A stretch of DNA of 64,000 nt from Marsupella aquatica (taxonomy: Eukaryota; Plantae; Marchantiophyta): NCBI GenBank assembly GCA_973895155.1, contig OZ316895.1, positions 14,550,548 to 14,614,547 of the forward strand, read 5' to 3'. The translations under genes and the position numbers were made by a program. Below are positions 49,263-64,000 of this stretch, in pieces. Each line of letters starts with the position of its first letter. The stretch's first letter is position 1. The notes beneath the pieces are model-generated. The model was not told where the DNA came from. It ran no database searches and saw nothing but the letters and a program-made list of their open reading frames with translations.

Positions 49263-50050
49263 ATCGCATCAAAACCAATTGCGGTGCAGCCAGCTCGCAA
49301 TCCTTTTTGACACACTAGAGAATTTTCCACCTCTCGAGGCAGCCTTCCTAACCCGCGGGCATTTTCTTCATGATTCGTTCGGGCATAGTTTTTAGTTCTC
49401 AATCCTCCCTATCATGGGTTGTAAATTAAAATTCTCTCCGTTCTTGTAATCTAGTGAAGTTTGTGACTCTGAGCCAGACGCCAAATTGTCGGAAGTGTTC
49501 TACATATTTATAGAACTCGATCTAAAGAAGTCGACATGCATACTTTCCTCAACTTGTAGCGCCGACAGCAGCTAAATTGCCATGGGACACACCACACAAC
49601 ACGACACTGTAAATTTAAAGCTAGTTAGATGACTGTTCGGTCGCATGATTGTACCGTATGAGTTGTCGTAGTGGAAACAACCATTGTGGACTGCGGATGT
49701 ACAGTAAGTTGCTAGTTGACATCGACTAATGAGAAGACGAAATATTCTTTCCTTAACTTCCATCTTTGTGCAAGGCACTTCTGTACCTGGGATGTATTGA
49801 ATTTGGGTATGGTATTGAATTTGAACTAAGTTAGTGTTGAGCTATGGATGTCATATATTTCTAAGGACATGCGATTCAGACAAAAGACTCCCGAAATCGC
49901 ATCTTTCTGCATCCGTACAGAGTCCTGGTTCACCCGCTCGATTGGAAAAGAGGCAAATTGATAACGCATTGTGAAATTTAAGAGTTGACAAACGGACTAT
50001 TGCGTTTTGTGTTGAAACTCAGAACTAATCGATCGTCTTGGAGATCATTG

Positions 50051-50119
50051 GTACCTTCGTTCAACGTAATGAAGTACCTTCGTTCAACGTAATGAAGTAC
50101 CTTCGTTCGACGTAATGGA
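50051..50119. repeat. 23 bp tandem repeat x3
   Basis: gtaccttcgttcaacgtaatgaa three times. Confidence 0.9.
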
Positions 50120-51507
50120 GTAGTGAAGGTGCTACGAGCGCCATTGGGAGGTGCGATGGTTGCAAAGCAGACCAAAGTCCCAATTTTTACTGCAAGAAGA
50201 CCTTGCCGATAACTCTGATGTGCTCTGGCTACGAAAATAGCTAAGCACATTGACTGAGGCAGCGTATCCGTCAAGATTACACTCGGTTTCGTTATACACT
50301 CTTTCTTACACTACCAAGGTTACGACATGGAGCGCAGTTTCGTTGCCAGATTCTCCAGAAGCTTCCAAAGACGATTCCTCAGCAGGTAGGAATATTTTGC
50401 AACCCGTTGAACAAAGTTCTGCACCGAGTATTTGCTCATCAGACTGCAAGATTGCGCTATTTTGTTCCGTCCAAGTTTAACCTCGACGAATTATGATTCA
50501 GCTGCGAGCGCATGGTAAGTTTCGAGGCAAATTCTCTGAGAAGCTCTCAGAAAATTCGCGGACTGTGGTCTGTTCAACCAATTCTTAGTTTCACTCCTAG
50601 GTCGATCGCATCGGAGACATGTATCTTGCGGATCCTAAAGCAAGTACAATGCTCAAAATGATTTTTTCAAGGCATAAAGCAAGTACAATGTTCTCAAATG
50701 ATTGGGAATGAGATCAAGTCTTGGCGAGTGTATTGGGAGAGGTCTGTCGGACGACTAGTCTTTGAGTTCCTGTATGGTCATGGGTCATCGAGCGTCAGCT
50801 TCGCTCTAGAGGTCAGATGTCTTTTAAATTGTGCATATATGACCTCTGGACTCAACAATTCATTGGTCTTCTGGGTCTTCGTCCTTCACTCTAGAACCCT
50901 TTAGGTCGGCTGTGCAAGCCAAACTTCTCGTCGGCCAAATATTGATTAAAGCTGGATACGGGAAAACAGTGCGCGTATGATATAATTTAACGACCTTCTG
51001 CTAGCAGATCGAGGAAGCTCATCGGAATGCGGGCCCAAATCTGTGGCAACTTCACTGCCAGGGTCCTCAGTCGTCACCATCTCGCTCGACTAGCAATCAG
51101 ACAAATTGGGTGCTCCGTCTTTCAATGCTCCAACCAAAGTCTATTGCCGACGCCATCGACAACATTCTTCGCTTCTCCACAGCTTTGCTGGCCTTGTTCT
51201 TGTTACAGATTAGGACAGAGCAGATGCACTGGGACTTTGCCTCCGGTCCAATTTTAGCCGGAATCTCTGTTCTCTGGTTATGGTATTCCGGACAATTCTG
51301 ATGGGGGTTCCTCGCCCCTAATCCATTCTGCTTTTAACAATCCTCTTCTCGTGGGTCTAACAGCTGTAAAAGCCGACAAGGATTATATATTTGTGGCAAT
51401 GAGGCCCCTTTCTCGGTCTCCTTCCTTCGATGCTCTGCTTTTCTAAATCATTCATCACAGATCGCAATTCCTTGATTCCTTCACCCCCGCTGCGTCAGCC
51501 TGAAGGG

Positions 51508-51683
51508 AGTGACGACAGATGCCACCACCACGTCCTTCGGACTCTCGTCGTCTACTCTTCTTCGTCATTGCCCTGTCAGTCTCGTGGAAAGTTTGTAGTG
51601 ACGACCCATACCCACCACCACGTCCTCAGGACCCTCGTCGTCCACTCTTCTTCGTCATTGCGTTGTCGTCTCGTGGAAAGTTC
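51508..51683. repeat. ~90 bp tandem duplication
   Basis: gtgacgac..ccaccaccacgtcct..ctcttcttcgtcattg..gtctcgtggaaagtt twice. Confidence 0.85.
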
Positions 51684-53324
51684 TGTTCGCTTCCACGTTC
51701 GAAGATGAAATATCTCATTCCGCAACCTCACTTCACTAGAAATAAGGTACTCTTTCGAACTCTTACAGTACCTTTTTTTTTTGGTTTGGCGAATCCTCCT
51801 TTAGCTCCCTTATCTTATCAGCTTTCTTTAATATATATTTTTATGTCAATGTGCTTTTTACAGGACATATCCCTGGTATTCTAGTATATAGTGAAGTCTT
51901 GTGTACAGGGCATTGTGCTATATAATGCCCTCAAAGACAAGAGATTCAGGGTGAATTTGCATGTGAGGAACTCGGCCCTTTGCACTCCCGGTACTTTTGG
52001 AAAAAAGTAGCACTTCATTGATTACATGATCTGCTTCCCTACTTCCCCACGTCGGCAGAGTTGCATCAGGTGTAGTGGCTTTCTTGTTTTATTCCCCGGC
52101 CAAAGGTCGGACCAGCAAGGCCCGGAAAGTTTCCGACCTTTGCCTGTGGGTCAGCACAGCAACACCTGCCTAACAAGGGGCTTATGACATGGCAGCATAA
52201 ATAAATAATCTATGAGAATTTTGGTTTGAGGGCTACAAAAGAAACAACCAATGACCGATGACATATGAGTTGGGTCTCAGCTTGAGGGCTATTATTGCCA
52301 TAATGCTATGAAGACAGGACCTTAATACACTTGAAGGCCTAATACAGTTTTACTAATTTTGATCCAAATCTTGAGTGCACATTCTTCTCCAGTAATGCCC
52401 TCAAACTACAAAGGAAAATCACTTGAGGCCAAGTATCTGCAATTCTTGTTTCTTTGAGATGGGCAATGCGCAACAGTGGGTGGGCAGGATAATTGAGTTT
52501 TCAAGGAATGTTTATCCAGAATTCCATGCATAGTGCCAGTTTGGTTTACTAGAGTGTCACTCCCCTTTGTACTTTTTGAATGAGTGCAAGGGCCCAGATG
52601 GACCAGAATGTTTGACTGTAAACAGCTACGATGGACTAGTCTAAGTGGGATGGATCATTTTCCTTGGAAATGGGATGGATCATTTTGAAACATGATTTTC
52701 AGTTACATAGTATATTTTCTTTGTGTAACTGGTCACATTTTGGATCTCAACAGTTTCACGGTTTTACTTAGTGCCTATCCTAGCATCATTTCTATGAAAA
52801 GGAAAGAACAGGAAAAAGGATCCCAGATGCCCCACAATGCTTGACAAACAACTTGGATGGACAATTGCAACCCCAATTGATCATTTTCAAAGCAGGTCTA
52901 TTTGACTTACATGGTAATCCATCCTGGCATCATATTGGAGAGAGTTGTCTCAAAAAGTTGCACCCAGAAATTCTCTTTTCACTGCTATCAAGACAAAGAC
53001 ATGCGGGTGCCTACTACTACACCCATTGTCTCAACAAAACGTTATTATTGCTCCATTTGTGATTTTGTGGTCCTAGACACCTACAGACCATGTGCAAACA
53101 AACTGTCTGCATGCTCTTGATGAAGCTTGACTGTCATGTAGTAGCTCTATTGTAGAATACGGATAGACCAACGAGTGTTCGAGGTACAACTGTGCAACAG
53201 TGAGAGGTTTTTTTGCCACGACGACAATCTGCCTTCGTCACGAAGGACTTGTGGATAAGTAGTCACCTCAGTGGACAGAACCTTGTTGTCATATCTGTTC
53301 TCAGCGCAGGTGGTCTGCGATGGG

Positions 53325-53820
53325 TGTTGGATCCTGACTCCTGAGGACATGTTTTTCCTTTCTATTCTTTGTTTTTTCCCTTGGAAACAGGACCCATCCG
53401 CGAATGTTACTCCCATTGATCTTGTCAAATTACGACACTGTACTGTAAAACGAGTTGGATTTGGGATCTTTAGGACACTTTTTTTCGATTCTTTAAGTAT
53501 TTTTCTAGGAAAGCGAGCCATCCTCAGAATGATTTTAGTCCCCATGCACTCTTGAAATGACTACATTGTACCCTAACAGCTTTGTTCTGGATATAGGATC
53601 TTGAGGACAATACTTTTCCTTTCTTTAATTCTATCCTAGGAAAGCGTGCTATCCTCAAAATTTAGCTCCCATCGTCTCTTGAAATGACGACATTGTCAAT
53701 CCGTTTTTGGATGTTGGATCTAACGGACATGTTTTTCTGCACTGTCCTTGCGTTTTCCTAGAACGAAGGCCCGGCCTCTCAAAATTTTACACAACATCAT
53801 TCTCATGGCACGACTGCGTT
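53325..53820. repeat. Highly diverged ~125-130 bp tandem repeat, ~4 copies
   Basis: Recurring ggatc..ggaca..tttt..ctaggaaagcg..atcctca..cccat..tcttgaaatgac. Confidence 0.65.
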
Positions 53821-54104
53821 TTAAAACTTTTGTTCTGTAAGGGAATCCCCCAATTCACTAACGTTAACGGGACTGTTCGAGCTCCCTATCAGATCAATGA
53901 GATTCTATAGCAGAGTAGACGGTAAAGGGTAGTAAGTTGCAGAGATTCTAGCAAACGTGACCTTCATATGCCCTATGTAATAGCCACGGGTTTAGTGTGT
54001 TCCATTTGGGTCCAATTCACAAGGACCACTTTTTGTGTTTTTCTTTTGCCCCAAAGAAACTCAGGAGACAAGGACCACATTCTTGTCTTGTTTTGTCCCT
54101 TTTC

Positions 54105-54436
54105 TTTTTTTGTCTTGAACGGAAATGGGGAGGAAATACAATTAGACTCCCCCCATCCCAATGTGACAGTTTTTCTGCAGGGAACCCATACCAGGGTGGC
54201 CCCAACAGATCCAACAGGGACCCGCACCAGGAAGGAGAGAGGATTAAATCAGGGCCACAAAGTGAAGGACCAGGGGCCGAGCAGATAATCAGAACTCCAA
54301 TCCATTACCTACAAAACCCATCCCACGCACACACATATACCCTCCACACCCCAGTGTGTGGAGGGGGGATTGAACCTGGACCTCTCAGTTCCAGGCAAAT
54401 CCCCTAGCCAATTGACCTAAGCCAATTGGTTGTGTA
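54105..54436 (-). mobile_element. tRNA-derived SINE
   Basis: 10 bp TSD gtcccttttc (54095-54104, 54437-54446); minus-strand head taggtcaattgg (A box) ... ggttcaatccc (B box); A-rich tail; same family as 18578-18969. Confidence 0.85.
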
Positions 54437-57400
54437 GTCCCTTTTCCTCTTTAAACTCAGAGTCAATTCATGTTGTATCTCTGGGATTCATATAGATGTA
54501 TTACAACATCCTACAATTATATCAACCTACATATTTTGTGTCAAAAACTGAAATTTTCCTTGGTTTTTACTAGCTAAGTTGCCTATATTTAATTTATCAT
54601 TTTAAGGTGCATTTTTCCTTACTTGCATGAGAAGGTTAGACCCTTCAACCAAGCAACTTAACTAGGATCCTGTTTACTGATGCAGTGCAGCTTAGTTATA
54701 TGTTCATTGGTTATAAAGTTTATAATAATTATGGTTTATGTATCAACAGGTGTCACCTAAATAGAGAGCTCCACCAAATAAAGCAAAATTAAAAAAGAAG
54801 AAAGTTAACTATTTCTCTTTGAATCACAAAGTACTATCTGTACCTATACAGGTACATTGACTAGTACATTTCAGATTAATGCACTTGTCTCACCCATAGA
54901 GTAATATTGTACTTCTCTCCCTTCTAATTAACAAGGTGTGCATTTTTTCATAAATTTTCTTATAACCATTCTTTCAATACTTGTGTTTCATAAACTAGTC
55001 AAACTAGTCAAATTAAAATGTCTCCTCACTTGAACTCTTAAATTCTTTTGGATAATTCAAAATAGGTATGTATAGAATGAACATGCTATGTAAACATTGA
55101 AAATTGAAGTAAATATGCATGACATAGTTAGTTTTTATTGATTTGAGTAAAAAAACTACCATAATCAGGGGGGAGGGGGAAGAGGGATACTTGCATGGAG
55201 GTATGAGAGGTGAGGACTGAGGAAGATTTTTACCAGGCACCTTGATCCTTGCCCCTCCCCTTTTCCCATCCATGTCCCTCCCTGTCTTTGTCGCCTTTAT
55301 CAACATCCCTCTGACCTTCTTTTCCCTTTTTCCTTTCTAGTGTTTCCTTGGCAGAAATGATGTCAAATTCTAAACTACAACCATGGCAAAAACCATTGTT
55401 TGTCATATTTATATGGATTGTTGCAATCCCTGGGCCCTCAATAAGGGAAATGTAATGAGACATACCTGTGATCGAAGCCTCCCCAAGTACCCCTTGTTAT
55501 ATTTTGGAAGAACATTTAAATCTATCTTGTTTGTTTTAGAAAGAAATTTTAGTCTTATAAAAAATACTCCTAGGTTATTATAATCTTTGATATTTTAGGA
55601 TTTAAAATTCGTACTCTTCATTTGGTATAAAAACAAGGTTTAGAGGATGCATATAAGCGTCTTCTTCACATTGGGCCATCCATTCTAGGCAATCTCCCAT
55701 TGAATGACTCCAAGAACCCAAAACCCAGGTTACAGCCAAATACGAGAGGGTTGAGGAGGGGGTTTAGGGTTTAGGGTTCTCGTGTGAGAGCTGGTATGAG
55801 ATACTGACCCTATCACTTACCCTAAACCAATGAGACTGCAACACGTGGACCAATAAAATGTTGACACCTATCATGGAGTATTTAGTTACATACCTCACCA
55901 GCTAATGTAATGGGTAACCAAATTTACAATAGTCTTCATTCCTTCTAACCTAGACTACGCATATATATGGTGCTTTAATTCATTCTAACCTTGTTCTAAT
56001 ATTATTTTCAAAATGAATTTAAAATATCATCGGACGTTTGCACTTATGTTTTGTTACTTCATAAGCTGAAGGCCCAGGGGTTGCAGTTACATCTTTTGCA
56101 CAATGTCTTCTGCATAACATCTTTTATGCAAAGACATCATTGAGCTACTTAGATCACGTTACCAAACTGAAGCACTTAGAGGTACAAAATGGGACCCAAC
56201 AACTTAATTCACAATAGCTGTAATGGACTAAGCTTAGAATGATCCCAACACCTACAAGTGACAACTGCAGTTTTTGTGAGCACTATCCAACTAAGTCACT
56301 TGAAAGTGAACCTAGTACGGAGGTGGTATAATCCCTAAAGCAAGTCTGTAGACTGATTTCACAACACTTCCTTCAAATGTCATTGATTTTTTCCCAAATT
56401 AAACACAACTTGCTAAGTATCCTTTTTACAAGTCAAAATCAATGCTCTTAATCCCCCTCTTAATTCCTCATGAGTCCCCCACATTTTTTGATCAGCCTTG
56501 TGTCCACTCTGCAACCCCACTAAAGCAGTATGACCCACTTTGGTAAAGCTTAGTCAGGGTTCTTTTATTTATTTCCCACCTAGCCATATACCCCCTTTTC
56601 TAGAATTTGACCATTCTCCGGCCTTAAATCTAGGAAAATCTCATGGCAACATATTCATCTAAAAAATTATACTAAGAACATTCTTAGAATCTTCAACTTC
56701 AGTGTACCAGGTGAGATTTGCCACTTTACCCCTAGCTCCGTCTTTTCTTCCCATCCCCTCGCCCCACAGAGCATCACTTTCCCAAAAACAAGTTACATGA
56801 TCTACCAAATGATATTATTTTGTAAGAACACCCCAAGAACACCAGCTGCTAAGACCACTTACTATAATTGTCAACTTTTGTTTAAGCGATCTGCTCAAAG
56901 GCTGTCAAAAACTGTTTGGTCAAGGCCTGAATTTAAGCATTGTGGTCCATGCCCGAGCACCAACTCCCCAATAGCTTTAGTCCTCTAGTAAGTGAGGAGA
57001 AGTTGACCATCTTCTGGAGAAGACCGCATATCCGTCAAAGTCGCCTTGCTTGCCGGATGAAGATAATTCCAAACCTTGCAACAGTGAATATCCGGATAAT
57101 TAAACTTTCTTCAATAGCTTTTGTCACTGCCATGCTTCAAGTATGTGCAATTCGCTTCAATCATACGGTAGCATGCAAAGAACTTTCACATCCATTCATG
57201 CTTGTGAATGCAAGCTTCTGTTACAGACTGTAGTTTTGTTGAAACGAATGGATTCAACTTGGACGACAAGACTCGTAATTGGGGACGGCCTCCAATCAAA
57301 ATGAAGATACTGTAAAAGCCTTTCTTCAGTACAGCTGAAGGATCGATTGTTTTGAATCTGAGCAGTGAGGCAAAGAACCAAGTTGCGGGAGAGCCGGATT

Positions 57401-60400
57401 GTCGGTGGTGCTTATTACCCTGGCGGAAATACTGGTCTGGTCATGTACAGGCGGCTGGTCAAACCGTTTGGCTAAAGCTGCACTGTGCTGGATGAATCAA
57501 TTGATGGAATGAACAGTTTTACAGCCGAATTTGAACAACAGGTTACCCCGTCGAGGTCATGATTGATGTACGCAAACTATGGATGGCATCTTGACGTTTG
57601 TATCGATTGGAAAATTTAGTCTACCTATGCCCAAGTGTCAACAGAGATTGATGGGTCACAATTGTCTGCATGGTGACATTTTTTAGATCTTTCAGTAAGT
57701 TGTCATGAACACACAACAACTGCCTTAGTATATATGAATTACTCCGGATAGTCACCCAAGTCACCTGTATTCTCGTCTCCATGGGATGACACGCTGACTA
57801 CTGTTTTCCAAATCCCGCTGAACTGGTTGGACTTCTTTACGGGAAGAAACAACAAAAACTGTGTTCGCTTGTCCTAAGTAAGTTGCAGGACATACTCAAG
57901 TCAATGTTGACTTTCTGAATTATCTGAAAGTGCCTGAATAGAAGGAGCTCGCTTTCGATAAAAACTTTTGCACGTCAGTTCATTGTCGTGGCACCGAGAC
58001 GATTTGCGTTTTAGTGTGGCACTATTCGATCTCCTTTGCCTACCTAAAAAGATGTGCAGTTTGATTGTATCTGCCGGGCATGGTATTGTCGTACTTGTGA
58101 GTTGAAAATGTGATACAGTACGTACTTGGGCTCCCAGAATCTCAACAACGAATTTAGATTTCAAGATTTTATATTTCAGTCAAACAAGTTCGGCACCCTC
58201 GCCTGTTGTTTTTGAAAACAGTGTAATCCACTTTTCAATACCATGTAACAGCTTTCAGGGTGGCTTTTACAAGAAGTGGGTCACTTGAACTCTTTACACC
58301 GATTGAATCAAACTGGTTTGCAACTGGAGGGCCATTTGAGGTACAAAAGCTCGTGTACCGGGGCTAAAAGAGTTTCTGAAAATCCTTGTATGGCCCCAAC
58401 TTCCTGTAAAGCTAACACCAAGTGGCGCTGAGTGGACTAATTTAGTAAGAGACAAATTGGGGACTCACTTCAGTTGAAAGTCATGTACTCTACACTCGGG
58501 CCGGTAGTTCTTTGGCTTAGAGTCCTTTCTAGTTCTGACAGTAGAAGATCTTATGAAGCACTTGTGCGGACTCCACTTTCAATGCAAATTACTCATAAGA
58601 CGAATGGACCGGCCAAAGCCACTAGATGAAGAGACCTCCAATTGAGGTGATCTAAAATGTGGGACTAAAATCTGCTCCACATAAGCAAATTATGGAGCCC
58701 ACTCCATTCCATGTAGGATCCCCAATAGTTTAATATACACTCAGAAACTGTCCTCATCTTTTTGTAAAGTGGACTGCAGCTAGCTGTACGCATGTGGATG
58801 GCTTTGATCACAACTTGGAGACCAGAAAAAGTTGACTTCTCGTAAGGCTACCCTTAGAACATTTTCAGAAATTGAAGTTTTTCGTTCATATGTCGTTTTT
58901 GTTGTCGCTTTTGTCAATAGTATCATGCAATCTTCAATCCGAGAGAATGGTTCCAGTAACCCGCAAAGAACTATGCAATAAGAACCGTTACAGAGAAAAT
59001 TAATCTAAACAATTGCAATTCTGATGTAATCGTGCTCGAACACCATCACAAAACCAGTACTTCTGAGCTTGAAGCGATGGGTTTACTCCCCTAATTTACA
59101 CCGCCGACAGATCTTACTAGATTTTCAACTGCCTCATTTGTGAGAGGGAAATTGTTTTATTAGTGAATGCATGTTGAAAATTATAAACAATTCTCAAGGC
59201 TCTGTTGCTACTAATACCTTCGGTTGGGTAAAACAGATTAAGCTGGGGCCACGTCCATACACTCAGAACACCTTCAAATCTCTATGCTTTAACAGAAAAA
59301 AACCAGCAATATGCGATGATGTCGTTTCCAAAAGTGCTCCATGCAAGATCTAGAAAATCATCACCGATATACAAAAGTGTTTCAAGATAGCAAATGACGT
59401 GCACGACAATGAGAGGCCGAACTTGACTGGCCTAGACAAGATAAGCCAACACTAATCCTTTTCAACAAAAAAACTCCTGTCGTCTTAGAAGTATACTTGT
59501 CCACCACTTAATATCTGTCATAAACACCATACATGAAGTAGCTTTACATCCCCCCTTATATCTTACATGAAACAACCAAAAGTCAAAAGATGCCACAAAA
59601 TAAATCTAGATCACAGATGAGATTCCTTTGGTGTTTTGTCAGGTGAACTAAAATGCACAGTAATCTTACGAACGAGTAGGTTACACGAATAGTTGACAAT
59701 TATAGGGATCAAACTACGTGTCTTACGTCAAACGAAATTAATAGTTCTTAGCGCAGATCCATGGATGACGGTCTTCCGATCCTGCCAAATATCTACAGCG
59801 TTATGTGGTCCAAGTTTCCAATTCCAGCATCCTGATTTTTAGCTCTTACATTGGAATTTTACACGTGACTGAGGATATGCCGGGGACATGTTCCGGATTA
59901 CATACCTTTGACGAATATCTTGGACCTTCCCCCGGACCTTCCATTCATATGCATGGATTGAACACATGCCTCAATTTTCACGGGAATAATTGTGGTTGGA
60001 TTTCTCTCTCAACTCTAAACCCAATAATCTGGGGCATTACCGTTGGTCTCTCTGGCGAAATATATACTACAATTATGTTCCTGAGGGAGGAGAACCATTT
60101 CCGAGGGATATCAGTCTGTCCTACTGGCGATTCTTCTATATTTTGATGCAACGTCGATAAGCAGGAATATCATATGATGACTGATCGATGTAACTTCCAT
60201 CATCAGATTCGTTTCAGATAGTACTCTTACGAAAGATCGTCTCCTCACTAAAGGCGCGCCCCACTAAAGGTTCTGGAAATTATATTATAATTCTTCTCCT
60301 GATCACTCTCTAAAGCAATGCTAATCGAGTTGAAGGCATGCTCTGGCCAACATCCGAAATTTTCGCAAAATTTTATTTTGCAGGTTATCTGTGACTTGGG

Positions 60401-63400
60401 CAGACTGATTGATTAGTCTCACCGACTCCGACGAAACGCAATGACCATGAAACAATTTTTATCCTACTTATAACTACCTGACTACCGAATCAACTCCACT
60501 CACCTCAAGGATTCGCTAGCAAAGCGCGATCTGGCGTCTTAGTACGTGATATCGTCCTCACATAAATTGAGCTCGAGTTAATTCGAATTTGGAGTTTTAA
60601 AAAATAAGCATTTAAAGACAAGGGAACCAAATTAGAAATTGGCGTAAGTTGCAAAATGAGTAACTTACAGTATTATACTTGTAGGAACCTCACTGATTCC
60701 CCAGGCAGCTTAAAGTGCTTTAATTTCATTTTGATCGCTACAATTTCTGTGGAGAACTGAGGGCCCACGACATTGAACACATGACGTGTGTGATCTCAGC
60801 CCAGACACCGACATAAGATTGAGTGCTGGCCTTCAGTCGTTACAATTCGAGATCTTTGTCCTAACTAGGTGACAGATTAACAGCGCAAGCTGCATGCACA
60901 CTCTCAGTAACTCATGCAGTGATAGGAAACAATTTCCCTCCATCTCGATCTGCAACACTTACAACCCTACAGACGTACTCCCTGGTGGGACCGTGTTAGT
61001 AAGAGGATGGACTATCTGCATTGGCTAAGGGTGCGCGCATTTCCAAGCCTGAGGGGCCCATTGCTTCTCTTTATTGCTCTCAGATTAAATCTGCACAGTA
61101 TAATGAATGGAAAAGTATAAACGATGCATTTGGCTTTATAAGAACTTGGACGGGAACTTGGACACCCCATTCAAGTATGGTAGCTATCTAACATGGCAAA
61201 CCTATGTAAAACGCTATTTTGTCTAGAATTTTAGTCAGGGCCTGGAGAAAAATTGCAAGGTCCAATTCACTATGACAAGCTAGATGTACAATGGAGTAAT
61301 GGCAGAGGAGATCTAAAGGAGGTCCAAACATTCGCAAACTTTGGTTCCTTCATTTCACTCAAGGGTCTTGCATGGTGAAAAAAAGTCACAATTGCCCCAA
61401 CATCCTGTAAAGCCTTAATCAAAATATACCTTGGAATCCTGGACGTCAATCTGCTTCTCTATCTCACTTACAGACTTATTTCTGGCGTTCTAAGCAAGTG
61501 TCTAGCACGAGGGGTGTAGTTCAACCGCTGTTAGTGTTGTCTATGTTTTCGATCATCCTCACTCTTGGTCCCTTAGTTTCCTCTTTGACCCTAATTAGTT
61601 GGGTTAATGTTTTTACCGTGGCTCTGTTCCTGCTTCTACTTGGTGTTGTTCAGGGTTCCGTGAAGTCACACAATAATCACCTGTCCCGATTGCGATCGTC
61701 CGTATCTTTCGTGAGGGTACTCAATTTAGGAGCGAGTTTCAGAACCAAAACGTAGTATATGCCTAACCGACGTACAATGGGTTTCGTCAAGATTTTCCTG
61801 ATAGATTTCAAAGCGTTACTATGGCTGGACCTTGTCATACGGAATTCTCATCAGCCGGTGTGCACTGGATTCATCCGATTGTGCAGAGTACGTGCTGCTG
61901 TAGTCTATATGCACTGTCAGTCAATCTATATATTGTAGTACAGTCAGGTTTTTTTAATAATTCTTGCGGTCCCACCGTACCAAGATTTATCCGTACCACT
62001 ACAGCCATCTTAAATACCATTCCGCCATTGGAATGGAAATTTGATTCCCAAACTAGGAAGTACTGCCGCATTTTTCTCAATTTCTATTGTTCTTGCAGTT
62101 CATTATGCAAGTTTCTTTAGTGTCAAATCTTTCTCTGACTCTAACTATACACATCATTCTTTGATCTCCAGATTTGGATCATGGCTTCTTCATCATGAAA
62201 TACATTCCCAAACTAGCTACAAGTGGACGTCACGTAGTGACTTCCACTTCAAGTGAGACCTGTAGTGATATATCTGTAGGCTGGGGAAGGTTGCAGGGTA
62301 ACAGGGCACTGCAAATTGTCAATCTAAGTGCAACACGCCATACAGCTTACGGAGTGTTTAATTTTGTATCTCAGTACCCAACCGACCATTCGTCAGTAAG
62401 ATTCACAGGGTGGTCATGAACTCGACAGCAGCCACAGGCTACAGATCAGTCTCGGATCATGATAGCTAGAGATGCATGCATTACCACTTTGGAAACTATT
62501 TAACTTACAGCTCAAAAGTATGAGAGATTCTTATGAGTGTCATAGGGTGGAGGTCCTCTAGCTATTTCCAATTCAGCAGCCACGTATATTCTAGCTCTCT
62601 GAAATAAAACATATTAATGAATGTGCTGTACATCTCGGTCCAGAGTAAATCTATTACAGATGTTATTCCAGATTTTTGCTCACAATGGACCTGTTCTGCC
62701 ATATCTTCTATCCTAGCTAGTGACCTGAAGTACTTCATTGGTCTTGGGCAATTACATGAAGTCAAACTAAAACTCTCGAACTTCAGTAAGCTAGGTTTGA
62801 TTTGTTATGAGCTATGGCTAATTGTGTAGAAGTTGCTGGGTGACGGTGCGATCCAACTATTGTTCTGAATCTTGTACAAGTTAACCTTATTCGCGTCTGC
62901 AGCTCAAAATAATAACCCTCAGTAAGCTTGCTATCAATTTTCATGCATAGCAAATTTTCTACTTAACATTGTGCTCCTCCCTACTGCCATCAAGTCCGGC
63001 CTCTAGACTAAGTGCCATGGTCTTCGATGGACTTCCGCCCGATTGGATGAAAACTTCCCTCTTTTTAGAGATTTTGTGGAACTTTCGTCTCCCGATCCAG
63101 CGAGCAATATATCAACAGGACTGCTAATAGCACCCATTTGACGTTAGCTTTCTGACTGCCAAACTGTGTCCAACCCCTCTGCCAGTATCTTATATCCTCA
63201 AATAAATCAGGATGAGCACAGATTTCATACTGTCACACGAGCTATCACACCTAGTGACTACGTACGTACGGTCGCCTCACAAATGCAAACGGACGGCAAC
63301 AAAAATAGTTGTGAGGTGTCTTACAAAGGGGTTGAGATGGGAAGGAATATTAATAGAAAAAGACTGATTCTAATAGAATTGTTCTCTGGTCCAGCACGTT

Positions 63401-64000
63401 AGGAAACAAGTCTAAGTGTTCACAATTACATAGGTTGGGGTTTGAGCATCGACTATATATGATAATATTGAAAAGTGACATTTTTCCTGTTGAAGCCTGC
63501 AGTACTATAAGCTTGGGGGTTCTGGGTGTGCAGAATGTTGAGAATTTATCGAGTTTTATAAAAATCAACCTTTTCTTCTAACCACCGACATCAGAGCAGA
63601 GCTTGACATCGAACAGCATCGTCACTGCGATGAGACTTAATGAGAAACCCGAGCTGGAAGTTCACAAATTGCAAGGTATGTATAGGACATGATAGAAAGG
63701 CTGGCTTTAGAAGCCCACAGCGGCAGTTTTTTCCATGTTCACCTGACAAAAACCGAGACCAAAACGAGAGCCCGTGTGTCTCCCTCGACACACCGAAAAG
63801 CAGAAATGAAATTAATGGTTGTATTCTGTGGAAGAGATATCTACTTGAATTGGAGGACTCTGCGTGGAAGAGACGTCCATCGGTGAGAGAAACACGGGTA
63901 GGGAGGCAAATGCTGGACGACATGCTGAACATATTCCGAATTTGATCGAGCATAAGAATCAGCCTGCAGCAAGTAACCATTGTGAGCGGGAGTACTCTCC

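Noticed and set aside
47266-49402. Overlapping antisense and alternate-frame ORFs over the ERF gene
   Set aside because: Shadows of a GC-rich coding sequence
55763-55778. Two TTTAGGG units
   Set aside because: Too short to indicate a telomere; such telo-box-like tracts are common in plant genomes
56900-57400. Coding-looking stretch on the minus strand
   Set aside because: All three frames have stops and no recognisable motif
61990-62830. Faint LRR-like phrases (GRLQGNRALQIVNLSAT) suggesting a decayed LRR gene
   Set aside because: No sustained LRR periodicity in any frame

Overview
Eukaryotic, land-plant genomic DNA: spliceosomal GT-AG introns, TTTAGGG tracts and plant Ty1/copia elements; a non-seed plant is suspected but not shown. 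Bases ~1-38400 are a stack of nested transposons. (i) 687-3882 is a co-oriented minus-strand train of unrelated host-gene fragments (2OG-Fe(II) dioxygenase, anthranilate phosphoribosyltransferase exon, DEAH-helicase exon). (ii) A ~560-590 bp hairpin-containing tandem array ends in a CACTA-type terminus at 17185; a MITE and a young but defective Tork/Tnt1-like copia element (9096-14993) are inserted in it. (iii) A 19.4 kb element with 144/148 bp LTRs (19043-38403) lacks gag/pol but encloses a Sola2-like DDD transposase pseudogene, a convergent four-exon RING-H2 gene and an aldo-keto reductase fragment. The only clearly intact host gene is a single-exon 666 aa group-IX AP2/ERF factor (47262-49262). 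The remainder is intergenic, with tRNA-derived SINEs, a probable solo LTR and short tandem repeats. All family calls come from motif recognition by eye; no searches were run.
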